Source: Nanobdellota archaeon (lineage in GTDB: Archaea; Nanobdellota; Nanobdellia; Nanobdellales; Nanobdellaceae). Taken from it: a stretch of DNA of 32,000 nt. Shown piece by piece: positions 16,714 through 24,899 of this stretch. Where the stretch lies: NCBI GenBank assembly GCA_042850255.1, contig AP031373.1:150001-182000 (forward strand), given 5' to 3'. Numbering within the stretch: the first letter of the stretch is position 1; each line of letters starts with the position of its first letter. The position numbers and the translations under genes were made by a program. The notes beneath the pieces were generated by a model, which saw only the letters and a list, made by a program, of their open reading frames with translations, ran no database searches and was not told the DNA's origin.

Positions 16714-18737
16714 AAGAAGTAGAAGGTGTAATTGCAATTGTTATATTTATTTCATTTTTAACATTTTATTTAGCAATGTATAGAAGTTATATAACAAATA
16801 GAATAGATAATTTTAATCAATTAAATTATTATAATACATACTTAAATCAAATATTAAATAATATAGAAGCTCAATATTATTTATTATCATTAAATATTAC
16901 CATACCAATTTCTATGTATTATCAATGTTCATTAGGTTCTCCAATATATGTTAACTTGCTGGGATATAATGCTTATAATGATTTTTGCACAAATTTTCCA
17001 ATATTTTATCCTTTAAATATATCTTTTTTAACCAATTATTCTGGAGTTTTAAATGATACAAATAATACATATTTAGATCCAAATATTGGTTTATATTTTT
17101 ATTTAAATATAACAAATTTAACTATTAATAATAATCAACCACAATATGTTCTAATAAATATTTCAAATCCTACAAACAATAATATAGGACCTATAAATTT
17201 ATTTATAACTTCTCCAGTAATTTTTTATTGGCTACAAAATGGAAATAATTTATCAGTAAATAAATATAATACGTTTTCAGTCCAATTTTGTTATGAAAAT
17301 GGAAATTTTAACTGTAATAGTAATAATAATGGAGCTTATGGGATTTGGTTAAGTGATATGTACATTCCAGCAAATAGCTACATAGTATTAAATATTTCAC
17401 CTTCTTCAAATAATAATGATGCAATAAATGGAAATAATATATTTGCATATTATAACAATAGTCAAATAGATTCTATCTTTGGTCAAACAAATTTGAATAT
17501 AAATTATATAAATCCTGGATATTATTTAATAATATTCAACGCTTCTACAATATCAAATAATGGATATATACAATTTGGGAATTGCAATATAAATATACCA
17601 AATACTATCGGTTTTAATTATAATTTTGCTTATCTTTGTTATCTAAATCAATCTACAAATTCTATAATTATAAATAATATTGATTTAAACTATATAGTAA
17701 TATTATACTATTATAGCATAGTACCAGAAATTAATGTTATTTATCAACCAAATATAACTTCAACTTTTAATTTTATTATAGGACCAAATTTAACCTATAA
17801 TTTTTCTCAATATAATGATCTAGGATATAATAGTAATAGTATATATAATAGTCACATAGAATATAATGAAAACTTAATTACATCATCTGGCTTTTATTAT
17901 TCATCTCTCAATTTTAGCAACATTTATAATAATTATATTTTATTTAGTTCTTTGTATACTTCCCAAAACGAACCTTATTATTTAAATTCTAATTATATAG
18001 TAAATGATTCTCTAGCATTATTGTATTTATATTCTAACAATTATTTATCTATTAAAAAAATATTATTTTCCAATACATATTGGTTTATTATAAATACAGA
18101 AAAATATTATGATTCTACGAATATGATTTATTGGAATACAAATTTACCTACTTATGGATTTCAAGGATATTATTACATTAACTTTTATGATATACCATTA
18201 TCTCTTCAATTTTCTCTATTAAATAACTATTCTTTTTATCCATATGAAAATGGAATACTAATTTCTAATGGTGTAAGCAATTATGCTATTTTATTTACAA
18301 ATTATAATCCTATTATAAATTTAACAGATGATAATGGAGAATGCTTAGAAACAGGTCAAGGATGTATGCTAAATTTGACATTACTAAATAATTATCAATA
18401 TGAAAATTATTATTTATATTTTTATTATAATCGAAGAATAATAGACTATAGTACTGCAGAATATCTATCATTTTCTACACAAATCCCAATATTAAAAATA
18501 AATTATATAGAACCAATTAATGTAATAAATATTAATAATTTGATTTCTATATCTTCAAATTACCCAAATATTTATTTTTACTTTAAAAATCTAAATATTA
18601 CAATATATAATGGAACTGTTTATCAAGGAAATATAGTAAACAATTATGAATATTCTCAACAATATAATGTATATATATTAAATAATACAGTTGTAAATAC
18701 TTTATATAAGGATAAAATGATAATATATATAAAATGA
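16695..18737 (+). CDS. Large N-terminally anchored Asn/Tyr/Ile-rich putative surface glycoprotein
   Basis: 680 aa. The N-terminus MVRIQVKEVEG-VIAIVIFISFLTFYLAMY is followed by an ectodomain with about 24 N-x-S/T sequons (hand count) and 8 Cys in four local pairs. The start overlaps the ATPase stop by 19 nt. Confidence 0.75.
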   Translation: MVRIQVKEVEGVIAIVIFISFLTFYLAMYRSYITNRIDNFNQLNYYNTYLNQILNNIEAQYYLLSLNITIPISMYYQCSLGSPIYVNLLGYNAYNDFCTNFPIFYPLNISFLTNYSGVLNDTNNTYLDPNIGLYFYLNITNLTINNNQPQYVLINISNPTNNNIGPINLFITSPVIFYWLQNGNNLSVNKYNTFSVQFCYENGNFNCNSNNNGAYGIWLSDMYIPANSYIVLNISPSSNNNDAINGNNIFAYYNNSQIDSIFGQTNLNINYINPGYYLIIFNASTISNNGYIQFGNCNINIPNTIGFNYNFAYLCYLNQSTNSIIINNIDLNYIVILYYYSIVPEINVIYQPNITSTFNFIIGPNLTYNFSQYNDLGYNSNSIYNSHIEYNENLITSSGFYYSSLNFSNIYNNYILFSSLYTSQNEPYYLNSNYIVNDSLALLYLYSNNYLSIKKILFSNTYWFIINTEKYYDSTNMIYWNTNLPTYGFQGYYYINFYDIPLSLQFSLLNNYSFYPYENGILISNGVSNYAILFTNYNPIINLTDDNGECLETGQGCMLNLTLLNNYQYENYYLYFYYNRRIIDYSTAEYLSFSTQIPILKINYIEPINVININNLISISSNYPNIYFYFKNLNITIYNGTVYQGNIVNNYEYSQQYNVYILNNTVVNTLYKDKMIIYIK

Positions 18738-19054
18738 GAAACTGGATAATACTTGTAGAACTGGCATTTTCAATAATTTTATTATCTTTTTTCTTTTTAT
18801 ATAATTATTATTTTAAATTTCCAAATCAAAATATACAAAATTATGATCCAAAAATATTAGAAAGTTTAAATTCTTCTTGTAATAATAATTTGTATATTTA
18901 TGAAATAATAAATCTAACAAATAATAATATTACAATATGCTATTTTGGAAAAAGTGTGAATTATACATATATACAAAACCTACAACCTGTATTTGAATAT
19001 TTATATGCAGGGCAAAATAGTTATAACCCTTATATATTAATAATATTCTCATGA
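18734..19054 (+). CDS. Small N-terminally anchored Asn/Tyr-rich protein
   Basis: 106 aa with MRNWIILVELAFSIILLSFFFL, then 4 sequons and 2 Cys. ATGA overlaps at both ends. Confidence 0.65.
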   Translation: MRNWIILVELAFSIILLSFFFLYNYYFKFPNQNIQNYDPKILESLNSSCNNNLYIYEIINLTNNNITICYFGKSVNYTYIQNLQPVFEYLYAGQNSYNPYILIIFS

Positions 19055-19491
19055 AATCACAATATATATTATTAGCAACCATATTTATAATAGTTATTTT
19101 ATCTGTTTTGACATATTATAATATAAGACCAATAAATAATATTAATGAAAATTTAATAGGAAATAATTTTGAAGAAGAAATAAAATATATATACAAAAAT
19201 TTTGGATACAATTATATAGGAAATTATACATTATATTTTGAAAATTATACTAGTTCTATAAATTATAATTTCTCTTTTATATGTATATCTTCATATAATT
19301 TATCTTTACCACAATGCAATGGAAATAATGTAGATTGTTGTTATTATTTTTCAGGATATTTTAATGTAAATCCTTCTATATTAAAATATTGCAATGAAAA
19401 CTTTATATTATATAATCCTCCAAACTGGATATGTTTTTGCTATAACATAAATAGATCTAATGAATATTATACAAACTTCTTCTGTATTTAA
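19051..19491 (+). CDS. Small N-terminally anchored Cys-rich, Asn/Tyr-rich protein
   Basis: 146 aa with MKSQYILLATIFIIVILSVL, then 5 sequons and 8 Cys concentrated in the C-terminal half. ATGA-coupled to the upstream ORF. Confidence 0.65.
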   Translation: MKSQYILLATIFIIVILSVLTYYNIRPINNINENLIGNNFEEEIKYIYKNFGYNYIGNYTLYFENYTSSINYNFSFICISSYNLSLPQCNGNNVDCCYYFSGYFNVNPSILKYCNENFILYNPPNWICFCYNINRSNEYYTNFFCI

Positions 19492-19958
19492 CATTGGTAT
19501 ATATAATAACCATTTTCTGTTTTATTTAATATTAAACAAATACTATTACCATATATTGTGTAGTTATTTGATGTAATTGAAAAAGGGATAGTATTCATTG
19601 TAAAATTGTATAAATAATAATTATAGGATAATTGGGTAATATTCAAGTTAATATAAGAAGGTAAAGTTAAAGAATAATTTATTGGAGAATAATATATACT
19701 TTCTATTTCTCCTGGAAATATATATATTGTTAATCCATTTGGTATATCTTCCTGAAATTTATAAGTACAAGAATAACAGGATCCTATAAGATCTATTTGA
19801 TAATTTAAATCTGTCAATAAATTAACAGTATATTTTAAGTTTATTTGAGCTTGTTGATTAGAGATAGTTATATGTACATAGTATAATAGTATGGATAAAA
19901 CAGCTAAAGCAAAAGATGTATATATTAAAAACTCAACCCATAAACTAATACCTTTCAT
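19488..19958 (-). CDS. Prepilin-like N-terminally anchored Asn/Tyr-rich protein
   Basis: 156 aa. MKG-ISLWVEFLIYTSFALAVLSILL resembles a class III signal peptide (K-G, then a hydrophobic run with Glu). It has 5 sequons and 4 Cys. Its start is ATGA-coupled to the rps19e stop, and its stop overlaps the converging ORF's stop (TTAA). Confidence 0.65.
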   Translation of the reverse strand: MKGISLWVEFLIYTSFALAVLSILLYYVHITISNQQAQINLKYTVNLLTDLNYQIDLIGSCYSCTYKFQEDIPNGLTIYIFPGEIESIYYSPINYSLTLPSYINLNITQLSYNYYLYNFTMNTIPFSITSNNYTIYGNSICLILNKTENGYYIYQC

Positions 19959-20464
19959 GTAACACTTTTAACATAATCTAATAAATTTTTATCTTCTTTT
20001 GATAGTTCCTCATACATATCCTTTGCCAATTTATCCATTATACTTTTTCCATTATTAGTAACTATTCTACCCCTCTTTCTTCCTTCAGTAATTTTCATTA
20101 CTAGTCCTGCTTGTTCTAATTGTTGTAATATTAATCTAACTATTTTTCCATATCCTTTAACAAATTTTCCAGGTTCCATACCTCTTTTTCTTAATCCACC
20201 ATATTTTTTTCTCAATCTTGAAACACCAATTGGTCCTTTCAAATATACTTGCCTTAAAATTGATGCTGCCCTATAATACCACCAACCTGGTTCTCCGTTA
20301 TAATCTACATCAGGGGGAAAGTCCGGATTTCTTTCTCTATCTGGTCCTGTCCTAATAAAAAAAGCCCAACTAGGTGGTTTTATCATTTCTTTATAGTTCT
20401 CAAATAAATATTTTGCTAATCTTTCAACATATTTATTCCCAGGTATATCTCTGACTGTAACCAT
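19955..20464 (-). CDS. rps19e: Ribosomal protein eS19 (S19e)
   Basis: VRDIPGNKYVERLAKYL, WWYYRAASILRQVY, GVSRLRKKYGG and ILQQLEQAGLV. The track start at 20473 is a TTG, and the first ATG is at 20464 (MVTVRD). Confidence 0.9.
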   Translation of the reverse strand: MVTVRDIPGNKYVERLAKYLFENYKEMIKPPSWAFFIRTGPDRERNPDFPPDVDYNGEPGWWYYRAASILRQVYLKGPIGVSRLRKKYGGLRKRGMEPGKFVKGYGKIVRLILQQLEQAGLVMKITEGRKRGRIVTNNGKSIMDKLAKDMYEELSKEDKNLLDYVKSVT

Positions 20465-20507
20465 ATTATGCAATATTTATAAAACATTTTTAAAATATAT
20501 GTAATTT

Positions 20508-20726
20508 ATGAATCATACTAAATTTGTTGATTCTGCTGGAAGATTTGGAGCCAGGTATGGTAAGGGTATAAGAGAAAATTTGATAGAAATCGAAAAGAAA
20601 TATAGAAATAAAAGATTAAAATGTCCATATTGTAATTATATTGCTGTTAAAAGAGTAGCGTTTGGCATATGGTATTGTGAACATTGTGGCAAAAAATTTA
20701 CTGGAAAAGCATATAGCATACAATGA
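20508..20726 (+). CDS. rpl37ae: Ribosomal protein eL43 (L37Ae)
   Basis: RFGARYGKGIR followed by a CPYC...CEHC zinc ribbon, 72 aa. Confidence 0.9.
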   Translation: MNHTKFVDSAGRFGARYGKGIRENLIEIEKKYRNKRLKCPYCNYIAVKRVAFGIWYCEHCGKKFTGKAYSIQ

Positions 20727-20863
20727 CAAAATATATATGTATTAATTGTAAAAGAGTTATAGATCATGAAACTGCATTAAAAAGAGTTAAATGTCCATAT
20801 TGTGGATCTAAAATATTAGTAAAATTGAGACCAGAAACTGTTAAAAAAGTAAAAGCTATATGA
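20723..20863 (+). CDS. rpoP: RNA polymerase subunit P (Rpo12/RpoP)
   Basis: My translation is MTKYICINCKRVIDHETALKRVKCPYCGSKILVKLRPETVKKVKAI* (46 aa), which has the CxxC...CxxC + ILxKxRP pattern of RpoP. Too short for the ORF track. ATGA overlaps on both sides. Confidence 0.8.
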   Translation: MTKYICINCKRVIDHETALKRVKCPYCGSKILVKLRPETVKKVKAI

Positions 20864-21060
20864 AGGTAATAATAAAAGATTTAGATAAAGATTTCATAGA
20901 ATCTATAAAATTTTTAGAAAGGGAAGAAAAGATAAAAATAGAAGGGGATAAAATTATTATAGAAAAAGATGAAGAATCAAAACTAAGAGCCCAATTAAAT
21001 TTAATATTTAGGTTATTAAAAATAAATGATAATCTTATCAGACTATTGTCCAATTTGTAA
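20860..21060 (+). CDS. Possible minimal Pcc1-like KEOPS subunit
   Basis: IKIEGDKIIIEKDEESKLRAQLNLIFRLLKI resembles the Pcc1 core (LxxEGxxLxxxIxAxDxxxLRAxxNSxLRxxKV). Its position after rpl37ae-rpoP fits a common archaeal neighbourhood. It is shorter than typical Pcc1. Confidence 0.45.
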   Translation: MKVIIKDLDKDFIESIKFLEREEKIKIEGDKIIIEKDEESKLRAQLNLIFRLLKINDNLIRLLSNL

Positions 21061-21514
21061 TTCAAAGAATATTGAAATAGAAAATATAGAATATGATTTT
21101 CCAAAAATAGGGAAATCAATATTATATGTATTTAAATGTAAAGATTGCGGATATAAGACATCTGAAATAATTCCTTTAGAAGAAAAACAACCTGTAAAAA
21201 TAGAAATAAAAATAGATAATCAAGAAAAATTTAAAATGATAATACTAAAGTCTCCTTATGCAAAATTAATATTAAAAGAAATAGATTTGGAGATTTTACC
21301 AGGTATAGAATCTAAATTTGAAATAAAAGCTTTAGATGATTTAATAACAAATATTAAAGAAAAATTAGAATCCATGAAACCTTTATTTATTGATGAAAAA
21401 GACAAATATGATAAATTAATCGAAAAAATAAATTATTTAGAAGATGTTTTAAAAAATAAAAAAGAATTAACTATAATAATAGAAGATGAAAAAGGTTATT
21501 CAATGATTTACTAA
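21026..21514 (+). CDS. ZPR1-type C4 zinc-finger protein
   Basis: CPICNS...(F)KCKDCGYKTSEIIP followed by a beta-rich domain, as in archaeal single-module ZPR1 homologs. Confidence 0.7.
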   Translation: MIILSDYCPICNSKNIEIENIEYDFPKIGKSILYVFKCKDCGYKTSEIIPLEEKQPVKIEIKIDNQEKFKMIILKSPYAKLILKEIDLEILPGIESKFEIKALDDLITNIKEKLESMKPLFIDEKDKYDKLIEKINYLEDVLKNKKELTIIIEDEKGYSMIY

Positions 21515-21939
21515 ATTTTTTGTTCTTCCCCTTCTTTTATTTCTTCAACAGATGACATTTGATGACCTCTCCAGACCTTTACATATGGCGGAGTTGCAAT
21601 TATCCAATCTTTATTTACTGCTACAATATCCCCTCCTATAGCATCTACTACCGATTTTAATCTAGATACAACCCTTTTTATTTCTACTATATCTTTTCCA
21701 ACATTTAAATTACTTAGATCTACAAATACTATATAATTTCTCTCTCTTAAACAATCTACTACCGCCTTTACTTCTGACGGATCTTTTAACCTAAATACTC
21801 TTACATAAATTTTTACTTCCTCAGCTTTTTGAGTTGGAACTACTTCTACATATTGATCAGTATCCTCATTCTTTTTACCTTGGAACAATCCTTTAAATGA
21901 TACCATATATCTATATATTCTATCAGTATTTTTATACAT
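21511..21939 (-). CDS. sepF: SepF-like cell-division protein (FtsZ anchor)
   Basis: 142 aa. The core YVRVFRLKDPSEVKAVVDCLRERNYIVFVDLSNL...VVSRLKSVVDAIGGDIVAVNKDWIIATPPYVKV matches the SepF/DUF552 pattern. Confidence 0.65.
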   Translation of the reverse strand: MYKNTDRIYRYMVSFKGLFQGKKNEDTDQYVEVVPTQKAEEVKIYVRVFRLKDPSEVKAVVDCLRERNYIVFVDLSNLNVGKDIVEIKRVVSRLKSVVDAIGGDIVAVNKDWIIATPPYVKVWRGHQMSSVEEIKEGEEQKI

Positions 21940-21981
21940 TTAGTTATTATTTTTGTTTATCTTATTGATTATCAATAAAAA

Positions 21982-22338
21982 TTATTTAGATTGTAAATTG
22001 GATTTTTTTAATAAATCTTCTAATTCTTTTGCAAGGGAATTTAATTTATCTCTATATAAATCTGATTGTTTCTTCAAACTTTCAGATTTTATTTTAAATA
22101 CTTCTTTTTCTTCATTTAATCTATCTATTAATTCCTTTTTATCTTTTTCTACTAATACGTTACCTACTAATAAATATACCTTTTGTCCTTCACTTAAATT
22201 ATTCAATTCTTTTAATGCGTTTTCTATTTCATCCAAATCTTGTAATATTTTTGATCTTTGTGCTTCTACAAGTAAATATGCTTGTCTCATCTTTTCATAT
22301 TCTTCATATTTTCTTTCCAATTCTTCTTCACTAACCAT
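21982..22338 (-). CDS. pfdB: Prefoldin beta subunit
   Basis: 118 aa with coiled coil, hairpin (KVYLLVGNVLVEKDK) and coiled coil. The plus-strand ORF 21953..22351 is its shadow. Confidence 0.85.
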   Translation of the reverse strand: MVSEEELERKYEEYEKMRQAYLLVEAQRSKILQDLDEIENALKELNNLSEGQKVYLLVGNVLVEKDKKELIDRLNEEKEVFKIKSESLKKQSDLYRDKLNSLAKELEDLLKKSNLQSK

Positions 22339-22367
22339 TTTTATAATTTAATTATAATATTTTTAAA

Positions 22368-24080
22368 TTATTTATGCATGAAGATTAAATGATCATTTTC
22401 TCTTTTAAAGAATCCATATCTTATTCCATGCAATATTTCTCCATCATTTGTTAATTCAAATACATATTTTTCACATATGCCATTTATTTTTCCATCAGGT
22501 TCCCATATTTTTACATTAACTTTATATTCTTCAGGAACCCATTGAACAATTTTTGCATTTAAACTTTTTGCATCTTCATAACTATTTGATAAATATTCTG
22601 CAACTACATAATTTTCCTTTATATCAATTATAGATATATTGAATCCTTCCATTAATCTTATATATTTATTATTTATATCAGATTTTTCTATATATATAAT
22701 ATTCGAATTTATTTTGAATTCTCTATAACCTAAATCTACTTCTGGATGATTCTTTATTTTTATTTCCTTTGGTAATTCTATATCATCTATTATAACTTTT
22801 ACAGGATTTTTTAATATAAAGAACCTTTTAGCCTTTTTATCATATATTTCTCTATTATATGTATAAATTTTCTCCCAATTTATTATTACATCCACAGGAT
22901 TTGGACCTATTTCTATTATATATTTTTTAATAGCTTCATTACTTATACCTCTTCTTCTTAATCCCCTTAAAGTTGGTAAAAATGGATCATCCCATCCAGA
23001 TATTTTACCTTCTGAAATCAATTTCCTTATTTCAGATTTATGTAAAGGCATATCTTTAACTAATAGTGCTCCATAATTTATTATATTAGGATATTCCCAT
23101 CCAAAATAATCATATATATACTTTTGTTTATATGCATTCACTTCATGTTCTTTCATTCTTAATATATGAGTTACCCCCATTAAATGATCATCAATAGATA
23201 CAGAAAAATTATATGTAGGCCATAACCAGTATTTCTCTATATAATTTTCCCCATATTTGTTTAATAAATATGGATGAGGATTTCTTTTAGGATTAACTAT
23301 CCTAAATGCTATCCAATCTCTAACAGATGGATTTGGATAATTTAAATCAGTTTTTATTCTTATTACTGCTTGACCTTCATCATAGTATCCATTTAACATT
23401 TTATCAAATTGTTCCAAATTCCATGAAATATCCTTTTCCCTATATTCGGTAGGAATACCTTGCATTCTATATTTTGATATAACTTCTGGAGGAGATAGAT
23501 CTATATATGCAAATCCTTTTTCTAACAATTCTTTAATATATTTATAATATATATCTAATCTTTCAGATTGAATATAAAATTCATCAACCTTATCATCTAT
23601 TAACCATTCTACATCTTCTTTTATAGGATTATAAACATTTGGATCAGGTTTTTTTACTTTTGGATCTGTATCTTCTATCCTTAATATAAATTTTCCCTTA
23701 TACATTTTAGCATATTCATAATTTAATATAATTGCTCTAGCATGACCTATATGTAAATATCCAGAAGGGTTAGGAGCAAATCTTGTTTTTACTTTACCTT
23801 CTATAGCATTCTTTAAAGGAGGTAAACCTATCCTTTCTTCTTTTTTCTTTTCTTCTAATAATTCAGGATATTCCTTTTTTAATATTTCATATGCCTCTTG
23901 TTGAGAAATATTATTTAGTTTATCTATGATCTCCTTTACTTTCGGTATTATTTCTTTTATATTTTTCTTTAAATCTGGATATTCATATACTATTTTAGAT
24001 ATTACAGAATTTAATTGTATATTTCCATATTTATATTTATTATAAATAGCCCATTTTCTTGCTATACTTTCAATATCCAT
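22368..24080 (-). CDS. gltX: Glutamyl-tRNA synthetase (archaeal/eukaryal type)
   Basis: RFAPNPSGYLHIGHARA (HIGH), a class I core and a 570-aa architecture. The presence of gatD implies a non-discriminating enzyme. Confidence 0.9.
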   Translation of the reverse strand: MDIESIARKWAIYNKYKYGNIQLNSVISKIVYEYPDLKKNIKEIIPKVKEIIDKLNNISQQEAYEILKKEYPELLEEKKKEERIGLPPLKNAIEGKVKTRFAPNPSGYLHIGHARAIILNYEYAKMYKGKFILRIEDTDPKVKKPDPNVYNPIKEDVEWLIDDKVDEFYIQSERLDIYYKYIKELLEKGFAYIDLSPPEVISKYRMQGIPTEYREKDISWNLEQFDKMLNGYYDEGQAVIRIKTDLNYPNPSVRDWIAFRIVNPKRNPHPYLLNKYGENYIEKYWLWPTYNFSVSIDDHLMGVTHILRMKEHEVNAYKQKYIYDYFGWEYPNIINYGALLVKDMPLHKSEIRKLISEGKISGWDDPFLPTLRGLRRRGISNEAIKKYIIEIGPNPVDVIINWEKIYTYNREIYDKKAKRFFILKNPVKVIIDDIELPKEIKIKNHPEVDLGYREFKINSNIIYIEKSDINNKYIRLMEGFNISIIDIKENYVVAEYLSNSYEDAKSLNAKIVQWVPEEYKVNVKIWEPDGKINGICEKYVFELTNDGEILHGIRYGFFKRENDHLIFMHK

Positions 24081-24081
24081 A

Positions 24082-24285
24082 TTAGAATACTTTAATTGCC
24101 CATTTGCCTTCTTTTATATTTAATTTTTTACTAAATTCGGATTTTTCTTGATTTACAATTATGATAAATCCTGAAAAATCATCAGATAAATCAGTAGATC
24201 CACAATATGGACATTTATTTACATCTTTATCAATTATTGCTTTACAATTTCTACAAACTTTTCTTTTTGGTTTTCTGTATGCCAT
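24082..24285 (-). CDS. spt4: Transcription elongation factor Spt4 (RpoE'')
   Basis: CRNC...CPYCGS zinc ribbon followed by DFSGFIIIV, 67 aa, immediately downstream of rpo7. Confidence 0.85.
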   Translation of the reverse strand: MAYRKPKRKVCRNCKAIIDKDVNKCPYCGSTDLSDDFSGFIIIVNQEKSEFSKKLNIKEGKWAIKVF

Positions 24286-24830
24286 TATTTTTTACTTTTA
24301 GCTTTTTGTTCTAGCCAATCCAATTTACCCAGTCCTGGTTGTTTCATTGTTAATGCAATTCTAACATTTGATACTCCTTTATAACTTACAGTTACAACTC
24401 TTGCTAAAACTATATCATTAACCTTTAATACTCTTTTACTATTTTTTCCTACTAATGCTTCTTTTCCAGATATTGATACCTCATCATCCATTATTTGAGA
24501 TATATGAACTAAACCATCAATTGGTCCTATATTAATAAATGCTCCAAAATCTGTTATGGATGAAACTATTCCATATGTAATTTCTGATAATATTGGTATA
24601 TATGATATTACTGTAAACTTTACTCTATAATAAACTCCTCCGTCTCCAAATATCATTATTCCTTCAGATATTTCTTCTATAGATTTAATTGTAACAATTA
24701 TACCATAATCTTTACTAGCACTTCCAACGTAATTATTAACTAAAGTTTTTTCTATCATTTCTTTAATATCTCCCTTTAATTCATTTGGAGGTATCCTAAC
24801 TATATCCGACAATTGTATTTCGTAAAACAT
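24285..24830 (-). CDS. rpoE: RNA polymerase subunit Rpo7 (E')
   Basis: N-terminal MFYEIQLSDIVRIPP plus a C-terminal S1 domain (GIVSSITDFGAFINIGPIDGLVHISQ). Confidence 0.9.
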   Translation of the reverse strand: MFYEIQLSDIVRIPPNELKGDIKEMIEKTLVNNYVGSASKDYGIIVTIKSIEEISEGIMIFGDGGVYYRVKFTVISYIPILSEITYGIVSSITDFGAFINIGPIDGLVHISQIMDDEVSISGKEALVGKNSKRVLKVNDIVLARVVTVSYKGVSNVRIALTMKQPGLGKLDWLEQKAKSKK

Positions 24831-24841
24831 TAATAAAATGA

Positions 24842-24861
24842 TTTTATAAACTTTTATAAAC
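24842..24861. promoter_or_regulatory. Tandem duplicated TATA element (TTTTATAAAC x2) in the rpo7/primase divergent spacer
   Basis: Perfect 10-nt tandem repeat. Each copy contains the palindromic TTTATAAA. The second copy lies 30 nt from the rpo7 ATG on the minus strand. Confidence 0.45.
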
Positions 24862-24899
24862 TTTCTTTAACTTTTATGTTTTTAACAGAATATTCATAA

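Noticed and set aside
15137-19958. Integrated virus or mobile element inserted at tRNA-Gly (FtsK/HerA-superfamily ATPase as packaging enzyme, Cys-rich glycoproteins as structural proteins)
   Set aside because: I found no integrase or recombinase gene and no direct repeat of the tRNA-Gly 3' segment anywhere downstream. The far end is translationally fused into the rps19e operon. I keep it only as an alternative evolutionary origin in the main finding.
21953-22351. Other track ORFs opposite strong genes: 1563..1757, 2148..2345, 7898..8152, 11148..11423, 12718..12903, 15762..15959, 20856..21119, 21953..22351, 27028..27210, 28102..28311, 28621..28902
   Set aside because: Each is the antisense shadow of a recognisable or better-supported gene. 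K/E-rich sense codons (AAA/GAA) give stop-free F/S/L-rich antisense frames, and none has a recognisable motif.
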